From NCBI RefSeq assembly GCF_000315625.1, contig NW_005434665.1, positions 318,844 to 382,843 of the forward strand: a DNA stretch of 64,000 bases. Reading direction: 5' to 3'. The position numbers were made by a program, and so were the translations under genes. Below the pieces are notes generated by a model. It worked only from the letters and a program-made list of their open reading frames with translations, made no database searches and had not been told where the DNA came from. Position 1 is the stretch's first letter. Every line of letters begins with the position of its first letter. The stretch comes from Guillardia theta CCMP2712. Lineage: Eukaryota; Protista; Cryptophyta. Positions 48,413-62,299 of the stretch are shown here, piece after piece.

Positions 48413-50924
48413 ATGGGAGGCTTCGACTTCGCCAGCTTCGATGGGTCAGAGCCGCTGACGTCGTCGAAGAGGAGGGAGAGGACGGAGAGATCGAGCACAA
48501 GAGACTCTCAGGAGGAGGACTCCAACAGCGATTTCGTGCTGCGAAGGTACAGGTTCGATGCGCAAGGAGGAGGACAGGAGACGAGATTGCCTGCCCTGCG
48601 GCATTATGACGTGAAGATGAGAAGGTCTTCTGCTGCCCCATCCGAGTCTGAGCTGCAGTACCACATGACCACCAACAGAGACTATCTGCGGTTCTACTAC
48701 ACTGACTACCTCGGATCCCCACCCATGGAAGATTCGAAACCCAAGTTCGCCGACGACCGGGGCGAGGCCATTGAGATCCAAGAATTGTGTAGGTGGATCA
48801 GCTCTGTCAATCCTCGCACTCGGCTAGAGAGCTATCCTCTGTTCGTCCTCTGCAAGGATGTTCTCAATCGGATAGCGACGAAGGAGCTGAAGATCATAGA
48901 CAGTGACAAGGCGGAACTAATGGACCTGCTCGCAGATGCGAAGAATCGAATTGCGGAGCTTGAAACGAAGCTTGCAGACGCACAGGATGAATTCAGAGAG
49001 GAGCTAGACGGGCTCAACAAGAAATGGAAGCAGAGGCTCCTTGACTCCACTGCAGAAACACTAAGGGATGATGGAGAGCTGAAGCTCTTGAGGGAACAGC
49101 TTGCGGCGAGTAAGAACGAACTTTGCCAGAGAGAGGGGGAGCTCCAAGAGTGCAAAGAGCAGCTGGAAAAGTTCACAAAGGAGCTGGCAAAGCAGAAGAA
49201 GGAAGCCTCCTCGATGAAGAACCAGAACACTTCTCTGTCAGAGAAGATAGCATCGATGGAGCAAAAGTTGAAAGCGTTGAAGAGCGGCGATCAGCACGAC
49301 CCATTCTCGAAGCTCGATGACAATGTACAAACATGCTTGCTCGCTCTCGTTGTCTCGTCTCAGACGTTTCTGTTGCAGGGGAAGATAGACGCGCTCAAGA
49401 GATTGCTCCTTGATGACTCTCTGTTCAAACAAGCCAAGTTCAAGAACGTGCTGGTAGACACGCTCCTTGTTCCACCGACGAAAGGCATTCCGGTCTCAAT
49501 CAAAAAAGCTCTCTGCTTGAGGTGCTACCTTGAGCATGAGAAGGCTTCTTGTTGTGTGTCCACTCGCTGATTCCGATCACAGATTGTTGTCGTTCATCTT
49601 CGAGTCAGAACAAGGGGCAGGAGACAACCTGACAAAACTTGCTACCATCTCGAACATGCTTTCAAGCGAGGAGAAGCCGATCATGATATCAGAACTGCTA
49701 AAAGAGGCGGTTGAGAAAGACTTGCCGAAGATGAAGCTCAATGAACAGGCATTCATCCTGTCGTCTCACAAGTCGTGCGATGACAAGGTGGACAGGTTGA
49801 GTTCTTGGAAGTCATCGTGAAGTCTTGGATCTCCACATTCAAGTCAGATCAGCGATGTGTCTTCGACAAGTCAAAGGTGTCGCTTGTCAACTCGATTCTT
49901 GTGCGCTGATTGCTTTCACTCTCACGATGCGCAGGAGCTCATGGCAGAGTGGGGCAAGGGGAAGGATCAGATTTCATTGCAGGAGCTTCAGCCGGCGATG
50001 AATCAGATTGGAATCCCTCCCATACGATCTGAACAATTCTTCATCGACTGTTCTGGTTGAGAAATGACTCACAGTTTACTGGGCTGACGTTTCTGATTCT
50101 AGGCGACGAGTGGGAAAGGGTGAAGATCCGATGCATGGAGGTAAGGAGGGGAAGGAGGAGGGGGGGGAAAAGGGAGGGAGGCGGGGGTTGGGGTGATTGG
50201 ATTGTGTATACAACCCGCTGACTCGTGGGCCTCCTGGATCCTCAAAGGAGAACATTGAGAATCCTGTCAGTCGGCTGGAGACAGATTTCAAGATAAGGTG
50301 GGGAGCTTGATCTGTGCCGTCATGATTTGAAATCGGTTTTGAGCGATTGCTTGACAGGCATGAAAACCTCGTCGAGCTGTTCCAAGTCTTGCTTCTCGCT
50401 TCTCTACCTCGTCTCACACGAGGAAGCGCAGGAGGAGGAGTCTCAGTGGGACTACATGGTGAAGAAGGATGAGCGGACGGCTGCAGTCTGGGACTTGATG
50501 AGGAGGTTCATCGAGAGGGACTTCCTCGACCTCACGGAGCGACAGTATGCTCCTGAGGTAAGTGTTGACGTGGCAGCTCTGCGTTGAGCGGCTGAATGTC
50601 CGGTGGACAGAGCGGGACTCTGTTGCACTCGATAGACGACAGGACAAGCTGCAAATGGATGCTGAGAACGATCGGGTGAGGTTGCGAGGAGGAGGAGGAA
50701 AACAATAGCGGGCAGATTGATGATGATAATGGACGCAGACGCTTGTTCGGGGGGAATCATGATACAGTCCTGGCCTTCTTCGGGCATGTAGGGCTGAACT
50801 CGATGGACTCGTTCTCTCAAGCTCACCTTGCCTTCTGGTAGTTCGTGTCGACTGAGACCCTCTACCTGTCGCTCAAGACTGACAGCAAGTCAAGACAACT
50901 TGTGATGCGTCCTCGATCACTGTG

Positions 50925-50955
<31 letters not shown>

Positions 50956-53637
50956 ACAGAGGAAGAAGCTGCTGAGATACATCACCTGCATCGTTCGGGC
51001 AGAGAAGCTGCCTTTCTCCGAGTGGGCCTTCGAAGTTCACGTACCTTCATTCCTTGCAGAGGATGAGAAGAGCTGACGACAAAGCCGAAGATTTCAAAGG
51101 CAGAGCGAGCGGCAGAAATCAAGGCTAAGCAGGAGGAGAACGAGAGGCAAGAAGGAGGAGGGGGAGGAAGAGGAAGAGGAAGAGGAGGGAAGAGGAAGAG
51201 GAAGGTTTCTCAAGCTTTCTGTACGGCAGGCGTGCAAAGCTGAAGAAACCCGGAACGAGAAATATGAGCATGTATGCGGGAGGAAGACCAACAGCCATCA
51301 AGACGATCGCTGCTCAAGTCTGACGACCACCCACTCGTGCTCCCTCCCAATCCTTCCTCCTCCCTCCCATTCTCTCCTTCTATCTCTCGTGTCCTGTCCT
51401 CATACCTCTAAGTTGGCGTTTGTCCATCCCCGGCTCCTCCAACTCTCTGGGTTCTTGCTCTTGCCGTTCATTGCTCCTTATCCTCAGCTCGCCTCCTCCT
51501 CATCCTGTCTCTCACCTTCTCTTCCCTCAGATCGGGCAGATCTACGAGGCCAAGGTGCTGATAGACGAGACGTTTGACAAGGTGATAAGAAGGAGGAGGA
51601 CGAGGACGAGGACGAGGAGGAGGAGGAGGAGGAGGAGGAAGTGGAGGAGGAGGAGGAGGAGGAGGAGGAGGAAGAAGAAGCTGACGGGGGACCAAGACGG
51701 GGAAACCGAGAGAGCCTCTACCTGAGTTCCTCAAGAACTTCCTGATCCGGCAGTACGGGCTCAAGAGCATCGGTGAGTGAAGGAGAGGATTGAACCTCTT
51801 GCTCCCTGCTATCAACAAGCTTCACCGCCCTCACTCTCCTCCTGATGCTTCTCCTCCTCCAGCGTTGAAGAACCTCGCCAACATCGGTGCACCTCTGCCC
51901 CCGGGCAAGGAAGAGGAGCTGACGATGAAGCAGCTGCGGGAGTGAGGAAGGAGTTTGAGAAGGCGTTGAGGCTCAAGATCTTCGGAAAGATCACAGGGAT
52001 GATCGACCAGGAAGGTAACTTTCTCGCTGCTCCTCCTCTCCTCGGCTTGTTTACTTGCTCCTCTATATCAGAGTACGAAGACGGCCTCTGCGACGCGCTC
52101 ATGCAAGGGCTCAAGAATATCTTCCCCCCTGATCAGATCAAGGAGAGGATGGGTGATACCTCCCTGCCACCACAGCACAACACTACCACCTCGACCACCA
52201 TCTCTATCTCCTTCTCCTATTGCTCCTCATCCTCGCCATCTCCTCCTCCATCTCCTCCTCCATCTCCTCCATCTCCTCCTCCTCTTCCGTCTTCTCCTTT
52301 GTCTCCTCCGCCTTGTACTTCTTTCCTTCGATCTCGCCCTTCTCTCCCTCCTTGTCTTTCTTCTCCTCTTTCTCATTCCCTTTCTTTCTCATTGGGGCTG
52401 CAGATGACGGGAATATTTCCATCCCCTTGCTCAGTATTGCGTCAGCGACTCTTTCAGTGTTCTCGTCCAAATACTATTACAGAGACACAGATGGTGGGGA
52501 GGAGGAGGAGGAGGAGGAGCGGACTTTTAGGATCTTGAGGATCTTGAGGAGCAGCAGCAAGTCAGGAGGAGGAGGAGGAGGAGGAGGAGGAGGAGGAGGA
52601 GGAGGAGGAGGAGGAGGAGGAGGAGCAGGTCATGATGATGATGAGCAAGTCAGGAGGAGGAGGAGGAGGTAGAGGATGAGGAGGAGGAGGAGGAGGAGGA
52701 ATGAAAGTGCTCACTGGCCGGCAGATATTGTAACTCGGAATGGAACGGATGACTTGAGGTACCTCATAATCTTTTCTTTTCTCCTCCCGCTTGTTCACTA
52801 CAACTCCCTACCACTACTCTTTTCATACCCAAGTTGTTACCATCATCACCACCACCACCACCACCTCTACTGCTGCCTACCTGGCTAAAGAGAATTTTCA
52901 GCGACGTTGTCAAGCAACAGCTCATGGAACTTGCAGAGGTTCTCCCACTCGCTTCCTCCTCGTCTTCCACCTCCACATCCCCGCCTTGTCTCATCTGTCC
53001 CTGTCCCCGCCAAGTACCTTCCCCTTCGCTCGTTCTTCTCTCCCTGCTCTTTCCAGAATGATCTGTTATCTCATTCCTTTCCTCTTCAACTTGTTCCCCT
53101 CTCACTAACTGCCATTTCTTACATGTGCAGGGTGGCACTCCAGAAACAATGACGATCGGAATTGACACATGGATGGAATGGTTAATCAAGGTATTTATCT
53201 CTTCCCTCCTTCCTGGTCCCTCGTTCCTTCACCCCCTCGACCCTCGTCCCTCGTCCCTCCCTCGTCCCTCGTCCCTCGTCCCTCCTCCCTCGTCCCGCCC
53301 CCTCTTCCCCCATCTTTCTAGTCGTCGTCGTCGTTATCATCATCGTCTACACCATCATCGTCTTCACAATCAAAATTTGAGTCGAAAACATCGCTTCCAA
53401 TTTCTGCTACAAACACCTGATCGTTATCTCACGTCGATCTTTCTGATGTCTCTTCTCCTCCCAGGTATACAAGGACAGCAAACTGAATGCCGAGAAATTC
53501 TTTGAGGCGCTTTACAATGAGTTTGACACCAACCAGGTGAGGAGGAGGAGGAGGAGGAGGAGGAGCAAGGGATCACTATCAGAGGCAAGAGTTTGAAGAT
53601 GGCCGACTAGCAAGATGATGTGTGAAGGCGAGGCAGC

Positions 53638-53672
<35 letters not shown>

Positions 53673-53850
53673 CAGCAGCAGCAGGAGCAGGAGCAGCAGC
53701 AGGGGGCAGCAAGTTTAAGCCAGGGGAGAAGCGCATGAGATGGGCATGGAGGCAGAGACAAGCAGGGAGGGGGGGAGGAGAATGCTTTGACTGTTCCCGT
53801 AGGACCATGTCCTCGACTTCAATGAGTTCACCAACCTCGTACGATCAGGT

Positions 53851-53899
<49 letters not shown>

Positions 53900-54315
53900 A
53901 CTTCTTGCCGCCCTGCCTCCCTACCCCCCTCTGCTGTGATATTTCACGTTGACGCCCTTTCAGTTCAGCCCAAGCTGGATGACCACGAAGTTCTCGAGCT
54001 GTACAACCAAGCACTGGACTTGACAGGTGGGAACATGGGGCACGTGACGTGGCTGGTTGACAACCTTGCTGGGGTGCAGGTGAGGGTGACAGCATCTCCC
54101 TTGACGCCTTCGTGTACGTCGCATGTTTAAATCACGTAAGTTGTGCTTGGCATTCCCTACTTCCCGCTTCCTCCCTTCTCCCTCTCCAACTCTCTCCTGC
54201 CTCTCCCTCCCGCCCTCTCTCTCCCTTGCTCTGCATCTATCCTTCCTCCCACATCCTACTGACCGCCTGCCGCGAGCAGCTGCCGTGCGTCAGGGCAGAG
54301 CCCCCGCGGCAATGA
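48413..54315 (+). CDS. Coiled-coil/EF-hand protein, TSNAXIP1-like, copy 1
   Basis: Long first exon with heptad-rich region; GQIYEAKVLID...EFLKNFLIRQYGLKSIA...RLKIFGKITG; EF-hand FDTNQDHVLDFNEF; many SSR-filled introns. Confidence 0.65.
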
Positions 54316-54669
54316 AGTTCGTAGTCCCAATCATGTTACCCTAGATGTTATGTAGACTCTGGAAACCTTTCAAATCTTCCACAACCATCCCCTCTCGCAG
54401 CAGTGACGGCAGATCCTGTTCTGTCCATGTAGCGATTGAGACATCCAGGACCTTGAAGGTGACTTGGATTTCATTGATTCTTACTCAACATCTTCGAGTT
54501 GAAAGATCAAATCTCTCGCGGCTCTGAGTTCCTGATCATCTCCTGGGTGAGCAAGGCTCGTCAACACGGAACCCTTCATGAGGGGCATGAGTATGATCAA
54601 CAACATGCTGTTGCTGTTGGACATGTTGACAGCGTGTTGTTGATCAAGTTGTAGAGCAAGATTCCATCC

Positions 54670-55085
54670 TCTCTACATCTCCGCCTCAACCATGTGCTAC
54701 ACATCTCGACGACTTCACTCTCTTCTCTCAGCCTCTCACCTGGAACTTCTCGTGCGCCTCCTTCCACACGCTCTGATTCGTCGAGAGATTCTTCTTCTGC
54801 GCAGATCTTCACTGAGGACAGCTCTCAGACTTGTCAGCTCCCGTTACCTTCCTATCGGGGATGCTCGCGACGTCGATCTCGGCATCTCCGACGAACCCCG
54901 GCTGGGAGGAAAAAGTTGATGACCACCTACAAGAGCGTTCAGAGCTTCTTCCTAGCTCCCCTCCACTTCCCTGCTCTCCGCTTCTCCCTCACTTCTCTTC
55001 TCCCCTGGTCTCCTCCACAACCCAGCTCTCCTCTCTCCCGGACCTCATGGCGGTCCTGAGACCAGATGTACTGATCGCATGTCCC
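54670..55085 (-). pseudogene. Truncated, internally deleted copy of the NudC-like gene
   Basis: Matches ~62300-62523 fused directly to 63219-63407; lacks the 5' exons. Confidence 0.85.
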
Positions 55086-55776
55086 TTTGGTGATCGTATC
55101 GTGATCATCGGTGGCTTTGTCTCTTCCGCGTTCTACTTCTATTCCCTCCATCCCTTCCTCATCTCAGCTAGTCCCTCAGTCCACTTCTTCCCCCCTTCCC
55201 CCCCACCCCCTCTCCACTTCCGTTCTTGACGCCTGTCTTGACGCTATCTCGCACAACTGCTGGGTCCGACCACGGGATCAGCGACTAGGGCTCACTGATT
55301 CCGATGCCATCACCGGTGCCGCCATGCTCGGGATTGAGGGTAGGGTTAACTTCTGTCATCACACGAAGGAGGGTGGGTGATCCAGGGTTCATCTGTCCCA
55401 ATGGGGTACTAGTTGCTGTCATTTGGGTGGGTACTTTCAAGAGAAGCAAGCCGGTGGTGTACTAGGAAAATGAGGGAGTGTAGTGGGTACTCTTATATAA
55501 GACGGTGGGGGTACAGAAACAGCAGTTTCCGTTGATGAATTCCGAAACGAGAGTCTGAGGGGTGGTCTAATTTTGAAGGGGATAGGAGGGGTACACAACG
55601 AAAGGGGTAGGGTGGTCGGTCACTTTGCGATTTCCCCGATCTCCACCCACCTTCGCTGCCTCAACATGGATAAAAAAGTACCCCCTCTACAGGCCTGACT
55701 TTCATGGGTTCAGGAAGTTGCCATGGGGTGTATTGCAGCACGGGGGTGGGTCCATTGTGGTTTAGTTCCGCAAGTC

Positions 55777-58700
55777 ATGGGAGGCTTCGACTTCGCCAGC
55801 TTCGATGGGTCAGGGCCGCTGACGTCGTCGAGGAGGAGGGAGAGGACGGAGAGATCGAGCACAAGAGACTCTCAGGAGGAGGACTCCAACAGCGATTTCG
55901 TGCTGCGAAGGTACAGGTTCGATGCGCAAGGAGGAGGACAGGAGACGAGATTGCCTGCACTGCGGCATTATGACGTGAAGATGAGAAGGTCTTCTGCTGC
56001 CCCATCCGAGTCTGAGCTGCAGTACCACATGACCACCAACAGAGACTATCTGCGGTTCTACTACACTGACTACCTCGGATCCCCACCCATGGAAGATTCG
56101 AAACCCAAGTTCGCCGACGACCGGGGCGAGGCCATCGAGATCCAAGAATTGTGTAGGTGGATCAGCTCTGTCAATCCTCGCACTCGGCTAGAGAGCTATC
56201 CTCTGTTCGTCCTCTGCAAGGATGTTCTCAATCGGATAGCGACGAAGGAGCTGAAGATCATAGACAGTGACAAGGCGGAACTAATGGACCTGCTCGCAGA
56301 TGCGAAGAATCGAATTGCGGAGCTTGAAAAGAAGCTTGCAGACGCACAGGATGAATTCAGAGAGGAGCTAGACGGGCTCAACAAGAAATGGAAGCAGAGG
56401 CTCCTTGACTCCACTGCAGAAACGCCAAGGGATGATGGAGAGCTGAAGCTCTTGAGGGAACAGCTTGCGGCGAGTAAGAACGAACTTTGCCAGAGAGAGG
56501 GGGAGCTCCAAGAGTGCAAAGAGCAGCTGGAAAAGTTCACAAAGGAGCTGGCAAAGCAGAAGAAGGAAGCCTCCTCGATGAAGAGCCAGAACACCTCTCT
56601 GTCAGAGAAGATAGCATCGATGGAGCAACAGTTGAAAGCGTTGAAGAGCGGCGATCAGCAGGACCCATTCTTGAAGCTCGATGACAATGTACAAACATGC
56701 TTGCTCGCTCTCTTTGTCTCGTCTCAGACGTTTCTGTTGCAGGGGAAGATAGACGCGCTCAAGAGATTGCTTCTTGATGACTCTCTGTTCAAACAAGCCA
56801 AGTTCAAGAACGTGCTGGTAGACACGCTCCTTGTTCCACCGACGAAAGGCATTCCGGTCTCAATCAAAAAAGCTCTCTGCTTGAGGTGCTACCTTGAGCA
56901 TGAGAAGGCTTCTTGTTGTGTGTCCACTCGCTGATTCCGATCACAGATTGTTGTCGTTCATCTTCGAGTCAGAACAAGGGGCAGGGGACGACCTGACAAA
57001 ACTTGCTATCATCTCGAACATGCTTTCAAGCGAGGAGAAGCCGATCATGATATCGCAACTGCTAAAAGAGGCGGTTGAGAAAGACTTGCCGAAGATGAAG
57101 CTCAATGAACAGGCATTCATCCTGTCGTCTCACAAGTCGTGCGATGACAAGGTGGACAGGTTGAGTTATTGGAAGTCATCGTGAAGTCTTGGATTTCCAC
57201 ATTCAAGTCAGATCAGCGATGTGTCTTCGACAAGTCAAAGGTGTCGCTTGTCAACTCGATTCTTGTGCGCTGATTGCTTTCACTCTCACGATGCGCAGGA
57301 GCTCATGGCAGAGTGGGGCAAGGGGAAGGATCAGATTTCATTGCAGGAGCTTCAGCCGGCGATGAATCAGATTGGAATCCCTTCCATACGATCTGAACAA
57401 TTCTTCATCGACTGTTCTGGTTGAGAAATGACTCACAGTTTACTGGGCTGACGTTTCTGATTCTAGGCGACGAGTGGGAAAGGGTGAAGATCCGATGCAT
57501 GGAGGTAAGGAGGGGAAGGTGGAGGGGGCGGGATTGGGAAGGAGGCGGGGGGTGGGGTGATTGGAATGTGTATACAACCCGCTGACTCGTGGGCCTCCTG
57601 GATCCTCAAAGGAGAACATTGAGAATCCTGTCAGTCGGCTGGAGACAGATTTCAAGATAAGGTGGGGAGCTTGATCTGTGCCGTCATGATTTGAAATCGG
57701 TTTTGAGCGATTGCTTGACAGGCATGAAAACCTCGTCGAGCTGTTCCAAGTCTTGCTTCTCGCTTCTCTGCCTCGTCTCACACGAGCAAGCGCAGGAGGA
57801 GGAGTCTCAGTGGGACTACATGGTGAAGAAGGATGAGCGGACGGCTGCAGTCTGGGACTTGATGAGGAGGTTCATCGAGAGGGACTTCCTCGACCTCACG
57901 GAGCGACATCACCCTCCTAAGGTGAGTGTTGACGTGGCAGCTCTGCGTTGAGCGGCTGAATGTCCGGTGGACAGAGCGGGACTCTGTTGCACTCGATAGA
58001 CGACAGGACAAGCTGCAAATGGATGCTGAGAACGATCGGGTGAAGTTGGGAAAACCATAGCGGGCAGATTGATGATGATAATGGACGCAGACGCTTGTTC
58101 GGGGGGAATCATGATACAATCTTGGCCTTCTTCGGGCATGTAGGGCTGAACTCGATGGACTCGTTCTCTCAAGCTCACCTTGCCTTCTGGTAGTTCGTGT
58201 CGACTGAGAGCCTCTACCTGTCGCTCAAGACTGACAGCGAGTCAAGACAACTTGTGATGCGTCCTCGATCACTGTGTGATGACGACGATGACGATGACGA
58301 TGCAGAGGAAGAGACTGTTGAGATACATCACCTGCATCGTTCGGGCAGAGAAGCTGCCTTTCTCAGAGTGGGCCTTCGAAGTTCACGTACCTTCATTCCT
58401 TGCAGAGGATGAGAAAAGCTGACGACAAAGCCGAAGATTTCAAAGGCAGAGCGAGCGGCAGAAATCAAGGCTAAGCAGGAAGAGAACGAGAGGCAAGAAG
58501 GAGGAGGGAAGAGGAAGAGGAGGGAAGAGGAAGAGGAGGGAAGAGGAAGAGGAAGAGGAAGAGGAGGGAAGAGGAAGAGGAAGGTTTCTCAAGCTTTCTG
58601 TACGGCAGGCGTGCGAAGCTGAAGAAACCCGGAACGAGAAATATGAGCATGTATGAGGGAGGAAGACCAACAGCCATCAAGACGATCGCTGCTCAAGTCT

Positions 58701-61267
58701 GACGACCACCCACTCCTCCTCCCTCCTCCCTCCTCTCTCCTCCCTCCTCCCTCCTCCCTCCTCCCTCCCATTCTCTCCTTCTATCTCTCGTGTCCTGTCC
58801 TCATACCTCTAAGTTGGCGTTTGCCCTCCCCTGGCTACTCCAACTTTCTTGGGTTCTTGCTCTTGCCGTTCATCGCTCCTTATCCTCAGCTCGCCTCCTC
58901 ATCATCCTGCCTCTCACCTTCTCTTCCCTCAGATCGGGCAGATCTATGAGGCTAAGGTGCTGATAGACGAGACGTTTGACAAGGTGATAAGAAGGAGGAG
59001 GACGAGGACGAGGACGAGGAGGAGGAGGAGGAGGAGGAGGAAGTGGAGGAGGAGGAGGAGGAGGAGGACGAGGAGGAAGAAGCTGACGGGGGACCAAGAC
59101 GGGGAAACCGAGAGAGCCTCTACCTGAGTTCCTCAAGAACTTCCTGATCCGGCAGTACGGGCTCAAGAGCATCGGTGAGTGAAGGAGAGGATTGAACCTC
59201 TTGCTCCCTGCTATCAACAAGCTTCAGCCTCCTGATGCTTCTCCTTCTCCAGCGTTGAAGAACCTCGCCAACATCGGTGCACCTCTGCCCCCGGGCAAGG
59301 AAGAGGAGCTGACGATGAAGCAGCTGCGGGAGTGAGGAAGGAGTTTGAGAAGGCGTTGAGGCTCAAGATCTTCGGAAAGATCACAGGGATGATCGACCAG
59401 GAAGGTAACTTTCTCGCTGCTCCTCCTCTCCTCGGCTTGTTTACTTGCTCCTCTATATCAGAGTACGAAGACGGCCTCTGCGACGCGCTCATGCAAGGGC
59501 TCAAGAATATCTTCCCCCCTGATCAGATCAAGGAGAGGATGGGTGATACCTCCCTGCCACCACAGCACAACACTACCACCTCGACCACCATCTCTATCTC
59601 CTTCTCCTATTGCTCCTCATCCTCGCCATCTCCTCCTCCATCTCCTCCTCCATCTCCTCCATCTCCTCCTCCTCTTCCGTCTTCTCCTTTGTCTCCTCCG
59701 CCTTGTACTTCTTTCCTTCGATCTCGCCCTTCTCTCCCTCCTTGTCTTTCTTCTCCTCTTTCTCATTCCCTTTCTTTCTCATCGGCGCTGCAGATGACGG
59801 GAATATTTCCATCCCCTTGCTCAGTATTGCGTCAGCGACTCTTTCAGTGTTCTCGTCCAAATACTATTACACAGACACAGATGGTGAGGAGGAGGAGGAG
59901 GAGGAGGAGCGGACTTTTAGGATCTTGAGGATCTTGAGGAGCAGCAGCAAGTCAGGAGGAGGAGGAGGAGGAGGAGGAGGAGGAGGNNNNNNNNNNNNNN
60001 NNNNNNNNNNNNNNNNNNNNNNNNNNNNNNNNNNNNNNNNNNNNNNNNNNNNNNNNNNNNNNNNNNNNNNNNNNNNNNNNNNNNNNGAGGAGGAATGAAA
60101 GTGCTCACTGGCCGGCAGATATTGTAACTCGGAATGGAACGGATGACTTGAGGTTCACGATTACTATCGCCACCACCACCACCGCCTCCTCTTTTTTCTC
60201 GTTTTTGCCCTCCTCCTCCTTCTCTACAGCTTCCTACCCAGCTAAAGAGAATTATCAGCGACGTTGTCAAGCAACAGCTCATGGAACTTGCAGAGGTTCT
60301 CCCACTTGCTTCCTCCTCGTCTTCCACCTCCACATCCCCGCCTTGTCTCATCTGTCCCTGTCCCCGCCAGATACCTTCCCCTTCGCTCGTTCTTCTCTCC
60401 CTGCTGGTGCCAGAATGATCAGATGTCGCATTCCTTTCCTCTTCAACTTGTTCCCCTCTCACTAACTGCCATTTCTTACATGTGCAGGGTGGCACTCCAG
60501 AAACAATGACGATCGGAATTGACACATGGATGGAATGGTTAATCAAGGTATTTACCTCTTCCCTCCTTCCTGGTCCCTCGTTCCTTCACCCCCTCGACCC
60601 TCGTCCCTCGTCCCTCCCTCGTCCCTCGTCCCTCGTCCCTCCTCCTCCCCCCTCCCTCTTATTTCCCTTCCTCCTCCTCACTCCCTCCCTCTTCTCCTTC
60701 CTCCTCCTCCTCCCTCCCTCCCTCGTCCCTCCTCCGCCCTCCCTCGTCCCTCCTCCGCCCTCCTCCATCCCCTCGCCCTCGTCCCTTCATCCCCTCGTCC
60801 CTCCCTCGCTCGTCCCTCGTCGTTTGTCCCTCGCTCGTCCCTCGTCCCTCGTCCCTCCTTCTCCCTCCTCCATCCCCTCGCCCTCGTCCCTTCATCCCCT
60901 CGTCCCTCCCTCGCTCGTCCCGCGTCCCTCGCTCGTCCCTTCATCCCCTCGTCCCTCCTCCGCCCTCCCTCCTCTTTCCTATCGCCCTCTCTTCCCCCAT
61001 CTTCCTAGTCGTCGTCATCGTCTTCATCATCATCGTCTACACCATCATCGTCTTCACCGAAAACATCGCTTCCAGACTCTTCTCCTCCCAGGTATACAAG
61101 GACAGCAAACTGAATGCCGAGAAATTCTTTGAGACGCTTTACAATGAGTTTGACGCCAACCAGGTGAGGAGGAGGAGGAGGAGGAGGAGGAGGAGCAAGG
61201 GATCACTATCAGAGGCAAGAGTTTGAAGATGGCCGACTAGCAAGATGATGTGTGAAGGCGAGGCAGC

Positions 61268-61302
<35 letters not shown>

Positions 61303-61942
61303 CAGCAGCAGCAGGAGCAGGAGCAGCAGCAGGGGGCAGCAAGTTTAAGCCAGGGGAGAAGCGCATGAGATGGGCATGGAGGCAGAGACAAGCAGGGAGG
61401 GAGGGAGAAGAAGCAAGAGGGAGGAGAATGTTTTGACTGTCTCCGCAGGACCATGTCCTCGACTTCAATGAGTTCACCAACCTCGTACGATCAGGTCCCT
61501 GCCTGCCCTGCCTGCCTCCCTACCTGACTTCTTGCCGCCCTGCCTCCCTACCCCCCTCTGCTGTGATATTTCACGTTGACGCCCTTTCAGTTCAGCCCAA
61601 GCTGGATGACCACGAAGTTCTCGAGCTGTACAACCAAGCACTGGACTTGACAGGTGGGAACATGGGGCACGTGACGTGGCTGGTTGACAACCTTGCTGGG
61701 GTGCAGGTGAGGGTGACAGCATCTCCCTTGACGCCTTCGTGTACGTCGCATGTTTAAATCACGTAAGTTGTGCTTGGCATTCCCTACTTCCCGCTTCCTC
61801 CCTTCTCCCTCTCCAACTCGCTCCTCCCTCTCCCTCCCGTCCTCTCTCTCTCTTGCTCTGCATCTATCCTTCCTCCCGCATCCTTCTGACCGCCTGCCGC
61901 GAGCAGCTGCCGTGCGTCAGGGCAGAGCCCCCGCCGCAATGA
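55777..61942 (+). CDS. Coiled-coil/EF-hand protein, TSNAXIP1-like, copy 2 (contains assembly gap 59987-60086 in an intron-like SSR tract)
   Basis: Paralogue of 48413-54315 with few substitutions; EF-hand FDANQDHVLDFNEF. Confidence 0.65.
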
Positions 61943-62299
61943 AGTTCGTAGTCCCAATCATGTTACCCTAGATGTTATGTAGACTCTGGAAACCTTTCAA
62001 ATCTTCCACAACCATCCCCTCTCGCAGCAGTGACGGCAGATCCTGTTCTGTCCATGTAGCGATTGAGACATCCATGACCTTGGAGGTGACTTGGATTTCA
62101 TTGATTCTTACTCAACATCTTCGAGTTGGAAGATCAAATCTCTCGCGGCTCTGAGTTCCTGATCATCTCCTGGGTGAGCAAGGCTCGTCAACACGGAAAC
62201 CTTCATGAGGGGTATGAGTATGATCAACAACATGCTGTTGTTGTTGGACATGTTGACAGCGTGTTGTTGATCAAGTTGTAGAGCAAGATTCCATCCTCT

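Noticed and set aside
52153-53505. Numerous poly-Pro/Gly/Arg/His ORFs here and at 59543-61132
   Set aside because: Artefacts of intronic SSRs within the duplicated gene.
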